Positions 1 through 9,860 of a stretch of 64,000 nt of DNA are shown piece after piece. Position 1 is the stretch's first letter; the number at the start of each line of letters is the position of its first letter. The position numbers and the translations under genes were made by a program. The DNA is from an uncultured Pelagibacteraceae bacterium (lineage in GTDB: Bacteria > Pseudomonadota > Alphaproteobacteria > Pelagibacterales > Pelagibacteraceae), in the NCBI GenBank assembly GCA_902557155.1, contig CACDYR010000002.1, positions 71,025 to 135,024 on the forward strand, in the 5' to 3' direction. The notes beneath the pieces are model-generated. The model had not been told where the DNA came from and did not search any database. It saw only the letters and a program-made list of their open reading frames with translations.

Positions 1-172
1 TCTGATGTTGAAAACCAATTAAAGTAGATTTTTTTCCGTCATCACTAAAATCAAACATTCCTGTGTAAACACTGAATTCTGTATTTTGATCTTTTAAAAC
101 TTTTTCCTCTGCAATTGAAGAAAATGCAAATGCGATCATTAACAGATTGATTAAAAATTTTTTTAAATTCAT
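1..172 (-). CDS. 5' part of a secreted/outer-membrane protein, probably acyloxyacyl hydrolase/PagL-like (runs off window)
   Basis: Manual translation from ATG at 172: MNLKKFLINLLMIAFAFSSIAEEKVLKDQNTEFSVYTGMFDFSDDGKKSTLIGFQHQ, open to the edge, with a signal peptide. Family call is from recall only. Confidence 0.5.
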   Translation of the reverse strand, partial: MNLKKFLINLLMIAFAFSSIAEEKVLKDQNTEFSVYTGMFDFSDDGKKSTLIGFQHQ

Positions 173-183
173 TACTAATTAAT

Positions 184-546
184 TTATTTTTTAACTATAA
201 AGCTTTTGTAGATTATTGCACCTCCGATTAAAAATATCAATATCGGCAATAACCAAAGAATATATGTATTTTTATTTAAACCAGGATCGTAAAGTATCCA
301 TTCTCCATATTTAGTTTTAAAATATTCATAAATTTGATCTTCAGAAAGACCTTCTTGAAGCTTTTTATCAACTACAATTTTTAAACTGTTTGCAAATTCA
401 GAGTCTGAATCGTAGACCGATTGACCTTGACATATAAGACATCGTAAATTTTTAGTTATTTTATTTCTTTTGTCGTTTTCCTCAGCATTAACACTACTTA
501 AAGGGAACAATATTATAACAATTAAAAAAAATTTAAGAAATTTCAT
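184..546 (-). CDS. ccmH: Cytochrome c biogenesis protein CcmH (N-terminal domain only)
   Basis: LRCLICQGQS motif, signal peptide, C-terminal TM; last gene of ccm run. Confidence 0.92.
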   Translation of the reverse strand: MKFLKFFLIVIILFPLSSVNAEENDKRNKITKNLRCLICQGQSVYDSDSEFANSLKIVVDKKLQEGLSEDQIYEYFKTKYGEWILYDPGLNKNTYILWLLPILIFLIGGAIIYKSFIVKK

Positions 547-1061
547 TTTATCAATAAATTAATTTCATCAACTAATTCTTGGTTAAGAGGTCCAATATAT
601 TTTTTAATAATTTCATTATTATAAATTAAAAATGATTCAGGAACCCCATATGCTCCCCACTCAATTGCAATTGTACCATCTAAATCAATAAAGATTTCTT
701 TATAAGGGTTTCCTAGTTCTTTTAAAAAATTTTCCGCATTTTTTAAATTATCTTTATAATTCATCCCAATAATATTTAATTTATTCTCTAAATTTAAATT
801 CATCAAAAAAGGATGTTCTTGTCGACATGGTACACACCAAGATGACCAAATATTTAATAAATAAACCTTATCTAACTCAAAGATACTTGATGATTTTACA
901 TTTTCTCCAGAAAAAAATTCTTCAGTATTAAACACTGGTATCTCTTTTTTTGTATTAACATCCGGAGTATATATTTTTGAGTCTTCTAAACCTTTGTAAA
1001 AAACAAAAAATATTATTCCAAAAATAATAATAACTGAAAAAGGTAATATTTTATTTTTCAT
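543..1061 (-). CDS. ccmG: Thiol:disulfide interchange protein CcmG/DsbE
   Basis: N-terminal anchor; WSSWCVPC thioredoxin motif; GAYGVPESF. Confidence 0.93.
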   Translation of the reverse strand: MKNKILPFSVIIIFGIIFFVFYKGLEDSKIYTPDVNTKKEIPVFNTEEFFSGENVKSSSIFELDKVYLLNIWSSWCVPCRQEHPFLMNLNLENKLNIIGMNYKDNLKNAENFLKELGNPYKEIFIDLDGTIAIEWGAYGVPESFLIYNNEIIKKYIGPLNQELVDEINLLIK

Positions 1062-2932
1062 GATCTTTTTTGTAAAAAGCTAACAATACCTCCAAAAGAT
1101 ATTAGAATTACTGATAACCAGATCCATAGCATAAATGGTTTAACTTGGTATCTTACGTTGAAAAAATCTTGATTTTGAACCAGATTAATTACAATAAATC
1201 TATCTGACATAAGTGTTGTTTTAATATCAGCTTCACTTGTGGCAATGACGGGTTGATTATAAATTCTCAGCTCTGGAGAAAATCTATCCTTTTCACCATT
1301 TAAATTACTTATAGAAAAATTCGCAACAATAGCATTATAATTTTTTTCTTTTTTCTGATCAACACTTTCAAAAATTATCTTAGTTTTCGAATTTTCAAAA
1401 GTTTCACCAACCTTAAGATTTGTTATAATTTCGCTTGCAAATAAATTATTAAATAAAATACTTAGGATTAATAAACTAAATCCAAAATGAGCAATATTCT
1501 GTGAAATATTTTTATATTTTTTTACAAAAAAATCTCTCAACGTCATAAAGAATAAATAAAGTGCACTCGATATCAAAATTGTATTTATTAAAATATTTTG
1601 ATTAAAATTTTTTAATACTAAAAATGCTAATAAAAGTGAGATAATCAAAAAAGAAATTAAATAAATTTTATCTTCTAGTTGAGATTTGATCCATTTAAAT
1701 TTTGGACCAATCGCCATCATGAATAAAAATGGAATTAAAAATGGAATTATCAATTTATGATAAAATGGTGGTCCGACAGATATTTTTTGAGAAGAAATTA
1801 CATCTAAAAAAATTGGATAAACGGTACCTACTAATACTACTGATAAAAAATACATCATGAACCAGTTATTAATTAATATTGAAGTTTCTTTGCTCAACCA
1901 AAAAAAACTATGAGATTTTCGTTCATTATCTTTATGAAAAAAGAAAAAAATTAAAATAGATAAAAAAATCAAAATGAATAGAAAAACAAGAATAAATAAA
2001 CCCCTTTCAGGATCATTAGCAAATGTATGAACTGAATTTAATATTCCTGATCTTACTAAAAATGTTCCACACATGCTTAATGTAAATGTTGCAATAGAAA
2101 GAATTATTACCCATGAAGTTAAAATAGATTTTTTTTCTAATACTAAAATACAATGTAAAAGAGTGGTTAATGCAAGCCACGGCATTAGAGAAACATTCTC
2201 AACTGGATCCCAAAACCAAAAACCTCCCCAGCCCAATTCGTAATAAGCCCAAATTGATCCAAGCAGTATTCCTAAAGTTAAAAATATCCATGAAATTAGG
2301 ATCCATTTTTTTATATGGGATGCCCAACTAGGAGAAATAATTTTTAAACTTGTTGCTGCCAAAACAGATGAAAAAATAATTGAAGAACCAACATAGCCTA
2401 AATATAAAACAGGTGGATGAATTGCTAAAGCAGGGTCTTGTAAAATTGGGTTTAATCCAAGACCTTCAGTAGGTATTGGAAAAATATAATTAAATGGATT
2501 TGATGTTTTGATTAAAAATAAAAAGAAACCAACTATTATTATTTGTTGAAAAACTAGTGTTAAAATTTTGTATTTTACTGGTTGATTTTTAGTTCTTACT
2601 AAAAATAAGAAAATAAACAACGTTAAAACAAGTAACCATAATAATAAACTACCTTCATGATTTCCCCAAGTTCCACTTATTTTGTAAAATAATGGTTTGG
2701 TAGTGTGAGAATTATTAAATACTGTTTCATTACTAAAATCCGAAATAACAAAAGAAAAAATCAAACACAAAAAACTAATGACAACAAAAAATAATTGTAA
2801 AAATGTAAATGATAATATTTTGGTATCTAATATGTTTGAATTGTTAAAATTTTTATATGAAAAATAAAATAATGATAATCCAATAATTAATCCTATTATT
2901 AATGAATAATATCCAATAAGACTATAGATCAA
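1058..2932 (-). CDS. ccmF: Heme lyase CcmF
   Basis: WAYYELGWGGFWFWDPVEN tryptophan-rich motif; polytopic membrane protein. Confidence 0.97.
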   Translation of the reverse strand: MIYSLIGYYSLIIGLIIGLSLFYFSYKNFNNSNILDTKILSFTFLQLFFVVISFLCLIFSFVISDFSNETVFNNSHTTKPLFYKISGTWGNHEGSLLLWLLVLTLFIFLFLVRTKNQPVKYKILTLVFQQIIIVGFFLFLIKTSNPFNYIFPIPTEGLGLNPILQDPALAIHPPVLYLGYVGSSIIFSSVLAATSLKIISPSWASHIKKWILISWIFLTLGILLGSIWAYYELGWGGFWFWDPVENVSLMPWLALTTLLHCILVLEKKSILTSWVIILSIATFTLSMCGTFLVRSGILNSVHTFANDPERGLFILVFLFILIFLSILIFFFFHKDNERKSHSFFWLSKETSILINNWFMMYFLSVVLVGTVYPIFLDVISSQKISVGPPFYHKLIIPFLIPFLFMMAIGPKFKWIKSQLEDKIYLISFLIISLLLAFLVLKNFNQNILINTILISSALYLFFMTLRDFFVKKYKNISQNIAHFGFSLLILSILFNNLFASEIITNLKVGETFENSKTKIIFESVDQKKEKNYNAIVANFSISNLNGEKDRFSPELRIYNQPVIATSEADIKTTLMSDRFIVINLVQNQDFFNVRYQVKPFMLWIWLSVILISFGGIVSFLQKRS

Positions 2933-2933
2933 T

Positions 2934-3353
2934 TTATTTTTCTCCCAATGCTTCTTTTACTTCTGGTGGCATATAATTTTCATCGTGCTTAGCTAAAATT
3001 TTTGTTGCAGAGAAAAAATTTCTATCTTTCAAAAAACCTTCTGCAACAACCCCTTTTCCTTCAGCAAATAAATTTGGCACTGCACCTGAGTAAGTAACAT
3101 TTATTTCATTTTTAAAGTCAGTAATTATAAAATTAACTTCATTTGAACTTATGGAAATAGAGTTTTTTTTAACCATTCCTCCAACTCTAATCTTGCTTTT
3201 ATCTATTTCAGAAAGTGATTTTATCTCGGAAGGAGATTGAAAATATACAACATTTTCCTCTAATGATTTTAAAATCAAAAATGTTGTTAGAATTAAAGTA
3301 ATTAAGATTATTACTACAAACAGAAATCTTAATTTAACTTTTCGACCATACAT
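2934..3353 (-). CDS. ccmE: Heme chaperone CcmE
   Basis: [13 protein letters not shown] heme-binding HxxxY motif. Confidence 0.97.
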   Translation of the reverse strand: MYGRKVKLRFLFVVIILITLILTTFLILKSLEENVVYFQSPSEIKSLSEIDKSKIRVGGMVKKNSISISSNEVNFIITDFKNEINVTYSGAVPNLFAEGKGVVAEGFLKDRNFFSATKILAKHDENYMPPEVKEALGEK

Positions 3354-3363
3354 GGTTTAAAAG

Positions 3364-3591
3364 TTAATTATTTGTTACGTTTGCTAAAATTTCTTTATTT
3401 ATTCTTTGTGATTTTGCAGAATTAGCTTGCTCAGCAGTAAGTGATCCAAATTTAGCAACAAATTTATTTTGTTCTTTAACAAATTGAATTTTAGTTACCA
3501 AATATAAACCTAGGAAACTTAATAAGGTAAAGCTAAAAGCAGATAACACGTACACCGCATATCCATTCATAAAAAGTAATTCATTTATCAT
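3364..3591 (-). CDS. ccmD: Heme exporter protein CcmD
   Basis: Small single-TM protein (GYAVYVLSAF) between ccmC and ccmE. Confidence 0.75.
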   Translation of the reverse strand: MINELLFMNGYAVYVLSAFSFTLLSFLGLYLVTKIQFVKEQNKFVAKFGSLTAEQANSAKSQRINKEILANVTNN

Positions 3592-4295
3592 AATCTATCT
3601 AAGCCTTTATTTTTAATTTTTATCAGTTCTGTATTATATTTCATTAAGAAAATTAACAATGAAAAAAGAGCAAATGCCGCAGTCATTATCAATAATGGGT
3701 AAAGCATTGATGAATGAATTGAGCTTTTTGACAAAATATTAATAGATGCAGGTTGATGGAGTGTATTCCACCAATCAACTGAGTACTTTATAATTGGAAC
3801 ATTAATAATTCCTAAAATAGTTATAAAAGTTGAAATCTTATAGACTTTTTCTTCCTTATCATAAATTCTCCATACAATTAAATACATTGCATAGAACAAA
3901 GCTAATATAAGCATTGAAGTAATTCTTGCATCCCAAGCCCACCATGTTCCCCAAGTTGGTTTTCCCCAAATTGATCCTGTAACTAAAGCTATAATATTAA
4001 AAACAAATCCCGAAGGAGCTAAACTTTTAGAAATTAAAAAAAAGTTTTTGTTTCTAAACACAAAACCACAAATAGATAACAAAGTTATAGATGAAAATAT
4101 TCCAAGTGAAATCCAAGCAGCAGGAACATGAACATACATAATCCTAACTGCATCACTTTGTTTATAATCTTCAGGCGATATGATTAATGCTTCAACTAAA
4201 CCAACACTCAATACAACAATAAACAAAAATAAAACGTACTTAGGTGCTTTTGAGGTGATTTTGAAAATCTTGTTAGGTTCAAAAAGTTTAAACAT
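3588..4295 (-). CDS. ccmC: Heme exporter CcmC
   Basis: WGKPTWGTWWAWDARITS (WWD domain), YVHVP, WWNTLHQ. Confidence 0.97.
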   Translation of the reverse strand: MFKLFEPNKIFKITSKAPKYVLFLFIVVLSVGLVEALIISPEDYKQSDAVRIMYVHVPAAWISLGIFSSITLLSICGFVFRNKNFFLISKSLAPSGFVFNIIALVTGSIWGKPTWGTWWAWDARITSMLILALFYAMYLIVWRIYDKEEKVYKISTFITILGIINVPIIKYSVDWWNTLHQPASINILSKSSIHSSMLYPLLIMTAAFALFSLLIFLMKYNTELIKIKNKGLDRL

Positions 4296-4341
4296 ATTTT
4301 AATTTAGAATTTTTTTTGGTGATTTCTATTATGAAATAGTT

Positions 4342-4407
4342 TTCTGATCAAGAATGCAGAGGGGAGATAATAAGATTGAAATTAACGTTTAACACTCTTG
4401 ACCAGAA
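4342..4407 (-). ncRNA. Candidate structured RNA / 5' leader hairpin between hspQ and ccmC
   Basis: On the minus strand TTCTGGTCAAGAGTG pairs with CATTCTTGATCAGAA (15 bp, two G-U pairs) around a 36-nt loop containing CTCCCC. Confidence 0.35.
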
Positions 4408-4474
4408 GATACTAAAAATATAGCTAATTTGTATGGCCTAGATTTGAGCTAAATGTGGTTGAATGATGGTTGCC

Positions 4475-4795
4475 TTAATTAGAAAGCTTGAAATAGCTAG
4501 AGCCTTTTTTTCCTGAAAAAATCTCTTCAATTAAAGGGTGTTTTATTGGTTCATCAGAATCATCCATCAGCAAATTTTGCTCAGAAACATAAGCTTCATA
4601 AGTTATCTCATCATTTTCTGCTAATAAGTGATAAAATGGTTGATCTTTTCTCGGTCTAACATTTTTTGGAATAGACTGATACCATTCTTCAGAATTATTA
4701 AACTCAAAATCAACATCATAAATCACACCTCTAAATTCAAAGTGTTTATGCTTTACAATGTCTCCAATTGAAAATTTAGCTTTTTGAACTGGCAT
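4475..4795 (-). CDS. hspQ: Heat shock protein HspQ (YccV-like)
   Basis: AKFSIGDIVKH..FRGVIYDVD, QPFYHLLAE, YVSEQNL. Confidence 0.92.
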   Translation of the reverse strand: MPVQKAKFSIGDIVKHKHFEFRGVIYDVDFEFNNSEEWYQSIPKNVRPRKDQPFYHLLAENDEITYEAYVSEQNLLMDDSDEPIKHPLIEEIFSGKKGSSYFKLSN

Positions 4796-4802
4796 TGATC
4801 TT

Positions 4803-4832
4803 AGTATGGGTATTTAGAAATAAAAATCAATG
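4803..4832 (-). promoter_or_regulatory. Putative RpoH (sigma32) promoter of hspQ
   Basis: Minus strand (C)ATTG-N17-CCCATACT ending 7 nt before the ATG; resembles CTTG-N17-CCCATNT. Confidence 0.55.
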
Positions 4833-4882
4833 CTAAAAATATAAATGTTTTGTGATGTGGCAAATATGTTAATATCTTTTAA

Positions 4883-5434
4883 GTGAATAAATCTTTTTTA
4901 AAATTTGTTACTGATTTCGGTCCTTTAGCAATATTTTTTTTCTATTATTACAATAGTGGTAAAAATTTATCTGTAGCAATACCTCCACTAATAGTTGCAA
5001 CTTTAGTTGCATTAGCAGTAGTTTGGTTTTTTGAAAAAAAAATTCCTCCAATGCCTTTGGTAAGTGGAATTTTAATTACTTTTTTTGGTGGGTTAACAAT
5101 CTACTTTAATGATCCTATATTTATTTACGTTAAACCAACTATCATTAACATTATGTTTGCTCTTGCGTTATTTTTTGGGAAATATTTTACCAATGAACCT
5201 ATTCTTAAAAAAATTATGGGTAAATCTATTCCTCTAACTGATATTGGCTGGGAAATTCTTAATAAACGATGGATGTATTTTTTCTTTGGTCTTGCTTTAT
5301 TAAATGAAATTGTTTGGAGAACTCAAACAGAAGAATTTTGGGTTAATTTTAAAGTATGGGGAATGCTTCCAATAACAATAATATTTACAGGGTTTCAGGT
5401 ACCATTAATTAATAAACATAAGATTGATGCGTAG
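4883..5434 (+). CDS. ispZ: Inner membrane protein YciB / septation protein A
   Basis: DFGPLAIFF, KPTII, WVNFKVWG. Confidence 0.9.
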   Translation: MNKSFLKFVTDFGPLAIFFFYYYNSGKNLSVAIPPLIVATLVALAVVWFFEKKIPPMPLVSGILITFFGGLTIYFNDPIFIYVKPTIINIMFALALFFGKYFTNEPILKKIMGKSIPLTDIGWEILNKRWMYFFFGLALLNEIVWRTQTEEFWVNFKVWGMLPITIIFTGFQVPLINKHKIDA

Positions 5435-5771
5435 TAATTTAAAATTAGTAGTAAATAATCCGCATAATAAAATAGAAGAAAAACATTTTTTTGAAAAAGA
5501 TGAGCTAAAAATTATATTAGACTTATATGCCAAGATGGTTTCTGAAGGTTCTTGGAAAGATTACGGTTTAAGTATTTCAAGTAAGCAAGTGGGGTTTAGT
5601 GTTTTTAGAAATGCTACTGAAAATGCCCTATATAAAATTTGTAAAAATTTTAAGCCTAAAAATAAAAATCTTAAATATTTGATTACTGATACGAGTGGTA
5701 AAATACTAAAAAATTCTTACGATCTTAGAATTTTATTAAAAAATACCAACTGGAAAAAACTTCAAAAATAA
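5424..5771 (+). CDS. DUF2794-like protein
   Basis: ILDLYAKMVSEGSWKDYGL...FSVFR pattern typical of this alphaproteobacterial family. Confidence 0.7.
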   Translation: MMRSNLKLVVNNPHNKIEEKHFFEKDELKIILDLYAKMVSEGSWKDYGLSISSKQVGFSVFRNATENALYKICKNFKPKNKNLKYLITDTSGKILKNSYDLRILLKNTNWKKLQK

Positions 5772-5773
5772 AT

Positions 5774-6535
5774 TTATCTTCTTTGACCAAATAATCTCAA
5801 CAACATTATAAATAGATTTATAAAATCTAGATATAAAGTTAAAGCGCCCATTACAGCTTTCTTGCCCATTAACTCTCCTGAGTCTGACGCAACATACATA
5901 TTTTTGATTTTCTGAGTGTCATAAGCTGTCAAACCAACAAATATTAAAACACCTAAAATTGAAATCACAAAATACATCATAGAAGATTTCATGAAGATAT
6001 TAACAATTGAAGCTATAATTATTCCAATTAGACCCATCATTAAAAAAGATCCTAACTTTGTAAGATCTCTTTTAGTTGTGTATCCATAAATGCTCATCGC
6101 TCCAAATGTTGCAGATGTAATGAAGAAAACTCTTGTTACACTCATTCCAGTATAAACCAATAAAATTGAAGATAATGATAGACCCATCAAAGCTGCAAAA
6201 ACCCAAAACGTGGTTTGTGCCTTTGATGCACTCATTTTATTAATTCCAAAACTCATGTAAAAAACGATACCTAGAGGTGCTAACATTACAAGCCATTTAA
6301 GACCTGATAAATAAATTGCATTCCCCATCTGCGTTAGACCAACGATTGAACCTGCATCATTAGTAACAACAGACATTTTAAATGTTAATAGTGCCACTAT
6401 TCCAGTTAGCAATATACCTGTTGCCATGTAGTTATAAACTTTTAGCATGTAGGCTCTTAAACCTTCATCCATTACAGCAGCTGTTTGTTGTGCTGCTTTT
6501 GCTCTATTTAGTATTCCGTTTTTATCAAATTCCAT
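5774..6535 (-). CDS. Bax inhibitor-1/YccA family membrane protein
   Basis: GLRAYMLKVYNYM, TAYDTQKIK, ALTLYLDFINLF. Confidence 0.93.
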   Translation of the reverse strand: MEFDKNGILNRAKAAQQTAAVMDEGLRAYMLKVYNYMATGILLTGIVALLTFKMSVVTNDAGSIVGLTQMGNAIYLSGLKWLVMLAPLGIVFYMSFGINKMSASKAQTTFWVFAALMGLSLSSILLVYTGMSVTRVFFITSATFGAMSIYGYTTKRDLTKLGSFLMMGLIGIIIASIVNIFMKSSMMYFVISILGVLIFVGLTAYDTQKIKNMYVASDSGELMGKKAVMGALTLYLDFINLFIMLLRLFGQRR

Positions 6536-6614
6536 AATAAGTAATATATATATTCTTTTACTAATTATTCAAGATACCTTAAAAGATTAACAAAATTTTA
6601 ACTTAATATTTCTA

Positions 6615-7649
6615 ATGAATTACAAAAATTTAGGTAATACCGATATTAAAGTGAGCACAATTTGTCTCGGTACTATGACGTGGGGAGAGCAAAATACTGA
6701 GCTTGAAGCATTTGAACAAATGGATTTTGCTTTAGATCAAGGAGTAAACTTTTGGGACACTGCTGAATTATATGCAGTACCACCAAGAAAGGAAACCTAT
6801 GGTGATACAGAAGAAATTATTGGAAACTGGTTTGAAAAAACAAAAAAAAGAGACAAAGTCATTCTTGCAACAAAAGTTGCTGGTCCAGCAAGAGATTATT
6901 TAAGAAGTGGAGAAAATAGTTTTACAGGTCCAAACTTAGAGTCTGCTTTAAATGACAGTCTTAAAAGACTTAAAACTGATTATATAGATTTATATCAACT
7001 TCATTGGCCAGAAAGAAATGTAAATAATTTTGGAAGACTTGGTTATGTTCATAAGGAAAATGAATGGAATAAATTTGAAGATGTTCTTGCAGAATTAAAT
7101 AAATATATTGATCAGGGAAAAATAAGATATGTTGGTTTATCAAATGAAACCCCGTGGGGAGTTTTAAATTATCTTCAATTATCTAAAGATAAAAAATTAC
7201 CAAGAATGATGTCAATTCAAAATCCTTACAGCTTATTAAACAGATCTTACGAAGTTGGATTAGCTGAAGTTTCTATAAGAGAAAATATTGGCTGCTTAGC
7301 TTACTCTCCACTTGCAAGTGGATATTTAAGTGGAAAATATAGAAACAAAAGTTTTCCTAAAGGATCAAGAATGGCGAGAGATTTTGATTTTTGGACAAGG
7401 TATAGAAAGCCGAATACTGAGGATGCAGTTGAGCATTATTACAAAATTAGTGAAAAATTTGATCTAGATATGAGTCAAATGTCTATTAAATTTTGTGAAA
7501 TCCAAGACTTTATGACTAGTGTAATAATTGGAGCAACTACAATGGAGCAGTTGAAAACAAATATAGAAAGTGTAAATGTAAACTTATCTGATGATGTCAT
7601 TAAAGAAATTAACCAAGTACAAACAATTTATCCAAATCCATGTCCATAA
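6615..7649 (+). CDS. Aldo/keto reductase (Tas-like)
   Basis: LGTMTWGEQN, DTAELY, DLYQLHWPER. Confidence 0.92.
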   Translation: MNYKNLGNTDIKVSTICLGTMTWGEQNTELEAFEQMDFALDQGVNFWDTAELYAVPPRKETYGDTEEIIGNWFEKTKKRDKVILATKVAGPARDYLRSGENSFTGPNLESALNDSLKRLKTDYIDLYQLHWPERNVNNFGRLGYVHKENEWNKFEDVLAELNKYIDQGKIRYVGLSNETPWGVLNYLQLSKDKKLPRMMSIQNPYSLLNRSYEVGLAEVSIRENIGCLAYSPLASGYLSGKYRNKSFPKGSRMARDFDFWTRYRKPNTEDAVEHYYKISEKFDLDMSQMSIKFCEIQDFMTSVIIGATTMEQLKTNIESVNVNLSDDVIKEINQVQTIYPNPCP

Positions 7650-8152
7650 TTAAAAAAATTACAATATTTTTAGGAATATTTTTTATAAGTGGTTTTACTC
7701 AACTTTCAGCCCAAGAAATTAAAAAAATTGGAAAATATAAAGATTGGGAAGCAATGGTTGTTATGGATGCTGATGGCAAAGTATGCTTTGCTCAATCACT
7801 GCCTATTTTACAAGCACCCAAAACTAATAAAAGAGATGCAAAATTATTTGTAGCATTCAGACCAAACGACAACATAAAAAATGAGGTAAGTGTTACCCCA
7901 GGTTATGAATTCAACAAAAATAATTCAGTAACAGCTGCTTCAGGGAAGAATAAATTTAAATTTGATATTAAAGAACAGGGTTTTGCGTGGATTGCAGACA
8001 ATAAAATCGAATTAAAAATGATCAAACAAATGAGAAAAGGATCTAGAATTATGATCACTGGCTACAATCAACAAGGTTCTCAAACAATTGATCATTACTC
8101 ATTACTAGGATTTACTAAAGCTTATAACGCTTCAAGAAAAGCTTGCAGTTAA
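7640..8152 (+). CDS. Invasion-associated locus B (IalB) family exported protein
   Basis: Signal peptide; GKYKDW..CFA; YSLLGFTKAY..C. Confidence 0.75.
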   Translation: MSIIKKITIFLGIFFISGFTQLSAQEIKKIGKYKDWEAMVVMDADGKVCFAQSLPILQAPKTNKRDAKLFVAFRPNDNIKNEVSVTPGYEFNKNNSVTAASGKNKFKFDIKEQGFAWIADNKIELKMIKQMRKGSRIMITGYNQQGSQTIDHYSLLGFTKAYNASRKACS

Positions 8153-8156
8153 TTCG

Positions 8157-9344
8157 ATGAAATCAAAAAAGAAAATTGTTCTAGCTTATTCTGGAGGGCT
8201 CGATACCTCTATAATTTTAAAATGGCTTCAAGAAAATTATGATGCAGATGTAATTTGTTACACGGCAGATGTAGGACAAGAAATTGATAGAAAAAAAATT
8301 ATAACTAATGCAAAAAAATTTGGTGTTAAAAATATAATTATTAAAGATTTAAAAGATATTTTTGTTAAAGATTATGTTTATCCCATGATCAGAGGACATG
8401 CGATCTATGAAGGTGTTTATTTACTAGGGACATCGATAGCGAGGCCTCTTATTGCAAAAGATCAAATAAGAGTAGCTAAAAAATTTAAGGCCTATGCAGT
8501 TTCGCATGGAGCAACTGGTAAAGGCAATGACCAAGTTAGATTTGAATTAGGCTATCATTATTTTGGGCCTAAAATTAAAATCATAGCTCCGTGGAGAATT
8601 TGGAAACTAAAATCTAGAACAGACTTAATTAATTATGCAAAAAAACATGGCATAGTTATTCCTAAAGATAAAAAAGGTGCACCTCCTTTTTCAGTGGATG
8701 ATAATTTATTTCATACATCAACTGAAGGTAAGGTTTTAGAAAATCCAAAAAATTCTGCACCAGAATTTATTTTTCAGCGAACAGTTTCTCCAGAAAAAGC
8801 GCCCAACAAACCATCGTTTGTTACTATCAATTTTAAAAATGGTGATCCTTTTGGAATCAACGGAAAAAAAATGTCTCCAGCTAAATTATTAACAAAGCTC
8901 AATGACATTGCAGGTAAAAATGGAATTGGAAGAGTTGACTTAGTAGAGAATAGATTTTTAGGTATAAAATCTAGAGGAGTATATGAAACACCCGGTGGAA
9001 CTCTTTTAATCAATGCTCATAGAGCAATCGAGTCTGTTACTTTAGATAAAGATACTATGCATAAAAAAGATCAGATTATTTCTAGATATGCTGAATTAAT
9101 TTACAATGGTTATTGGTATTCAAAAGAAAGATTTAAACTTCAAAAAATTGTAGATTTAAAAAGAAGTAAAGTTAATGGCTCAATTAAACTTAAATTGTAC
9201 AAAGGAAATATTACAATTCAATCAAGAGTTACTAATAGTGGTGCTTATTCAATGAAGAAGGTTTCATTTGAAGAAAATAAGTCATTTAATAAATCTAACG
9301 TTGAAAGATTTATCAATTTTCATAAGAAAAAGCTTCGTACTTAG
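8157..9344 (+). CDS. argG: Argininosuccinate synthase
   Basis: LAYSGGLDTS, HGATGKGNDQVRFE, RGVYETPGGT. Confidence 0.96.
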   Translation: MKSKKKIVLAYSGGLDTSIILKWLQENYDADVICYTADVGQEIDRKKIITNAKKFGVKNIIIKDLKDIFVKDYVYPMIRGHAIYEGVYLLGTSIARPLIAKDQIRVAKKFKAYAVSHGATGKGNDQVRFELGYHYFGPKIKIIAPWRIWKLKSRTDLINYAKKHGIVIPKDKKGAPPFSVDDNLFHTSTEGKVLENPKNSAPEFIFQRTVSPEKAPNKPSFVTINFKNGDPFGINGKKMSPAKLLTKLNDIAGKNGIGRVDLVENRFLGIKSRGVYETPGGTLLINAHRAIESVTLDKDTMHKKDQIISRYAELIYNGYWYSKERFKLQKIVDLKRSKVNGSIKLKLYKGNITIQSRVTNSGAYSMKKVSFEENKSFNKSNVERFINFHKKKLRT

Positions 9345-9401
9345 ATTGCTTTAGGACAAATTGACATTTGTTTAAATCACTAAAAATTATATCCTTAGAT
9401 C

Positions 9402-9860
9402 ATGGAATCAATAAAGAATTGGATGAGAGATGCTGCAAATATTTTATTTGATGATAGTAAGAACGATCTACGCGCACTTCCTAAAACAGTTAGATTACAA
9501 ATTCTTTTAGTTTTAAGTTTTATTTGGACTACTGTTTTTAGTTTATATGTTTTTTCTTACACAACTTTTGCATTTGGATGGGCTGGACTTTTTTTAGCTC
9601 ATATAGGTTTAATATTTGCCGTCTATATGACTTTTAAACAATTCCATAGAGCAGAAGAGAAGTCTGCAAGTGTTTTTCAAACAAAAAATTTTGATCCTTT
9701 TAAAATCATGGTCATTGTTTTTGTAATAGTATTTATTTTTGTATTTTCAAAAGGAATTGAAGTTTTAACAAGTCCAAACCCGAATTCTTATTCAATCCCT
9801 TATGATGGTCCCTTAAAATCTGCAATTGAAAAATGGTTACCTTTTAGTAAAGATAAATAA
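9402..9860 (+). CDS. Hypothetical membrane protein (about 3 TM)
   Basis: ORF with hydrophobic segments; stop overlaps next start. Confidence 0.7.
   Translation: MESIKNWMRDAANILFDDSKNDLRALPKTVRLQILLVLSFIWTTVFSLYVFSYTTFAFGWAGLFLAHIGLIFAVYMTFKQFHRAEEKSASVFQTKNFDPFKIMVIVFVIVFIFVFSKGIEVLTSPNPNSYSIPYDGPLKSAIEKWLPFSKDK

Noticed and set aside
9200-9344. Possible frameshift in the divergent argG C-terminus
   Set aside because: The tail stays colinear with typical ArgG (YS...VSFE...FI...LRT); no evidence of a pseudogene.
9361-9392. Perfect TTGACA upstream of the 9402 ORF as a sigma70 promoter
   Set aside because: No convincing -10 at 16-18 bp spacing (best AATTAT); left uncalled.
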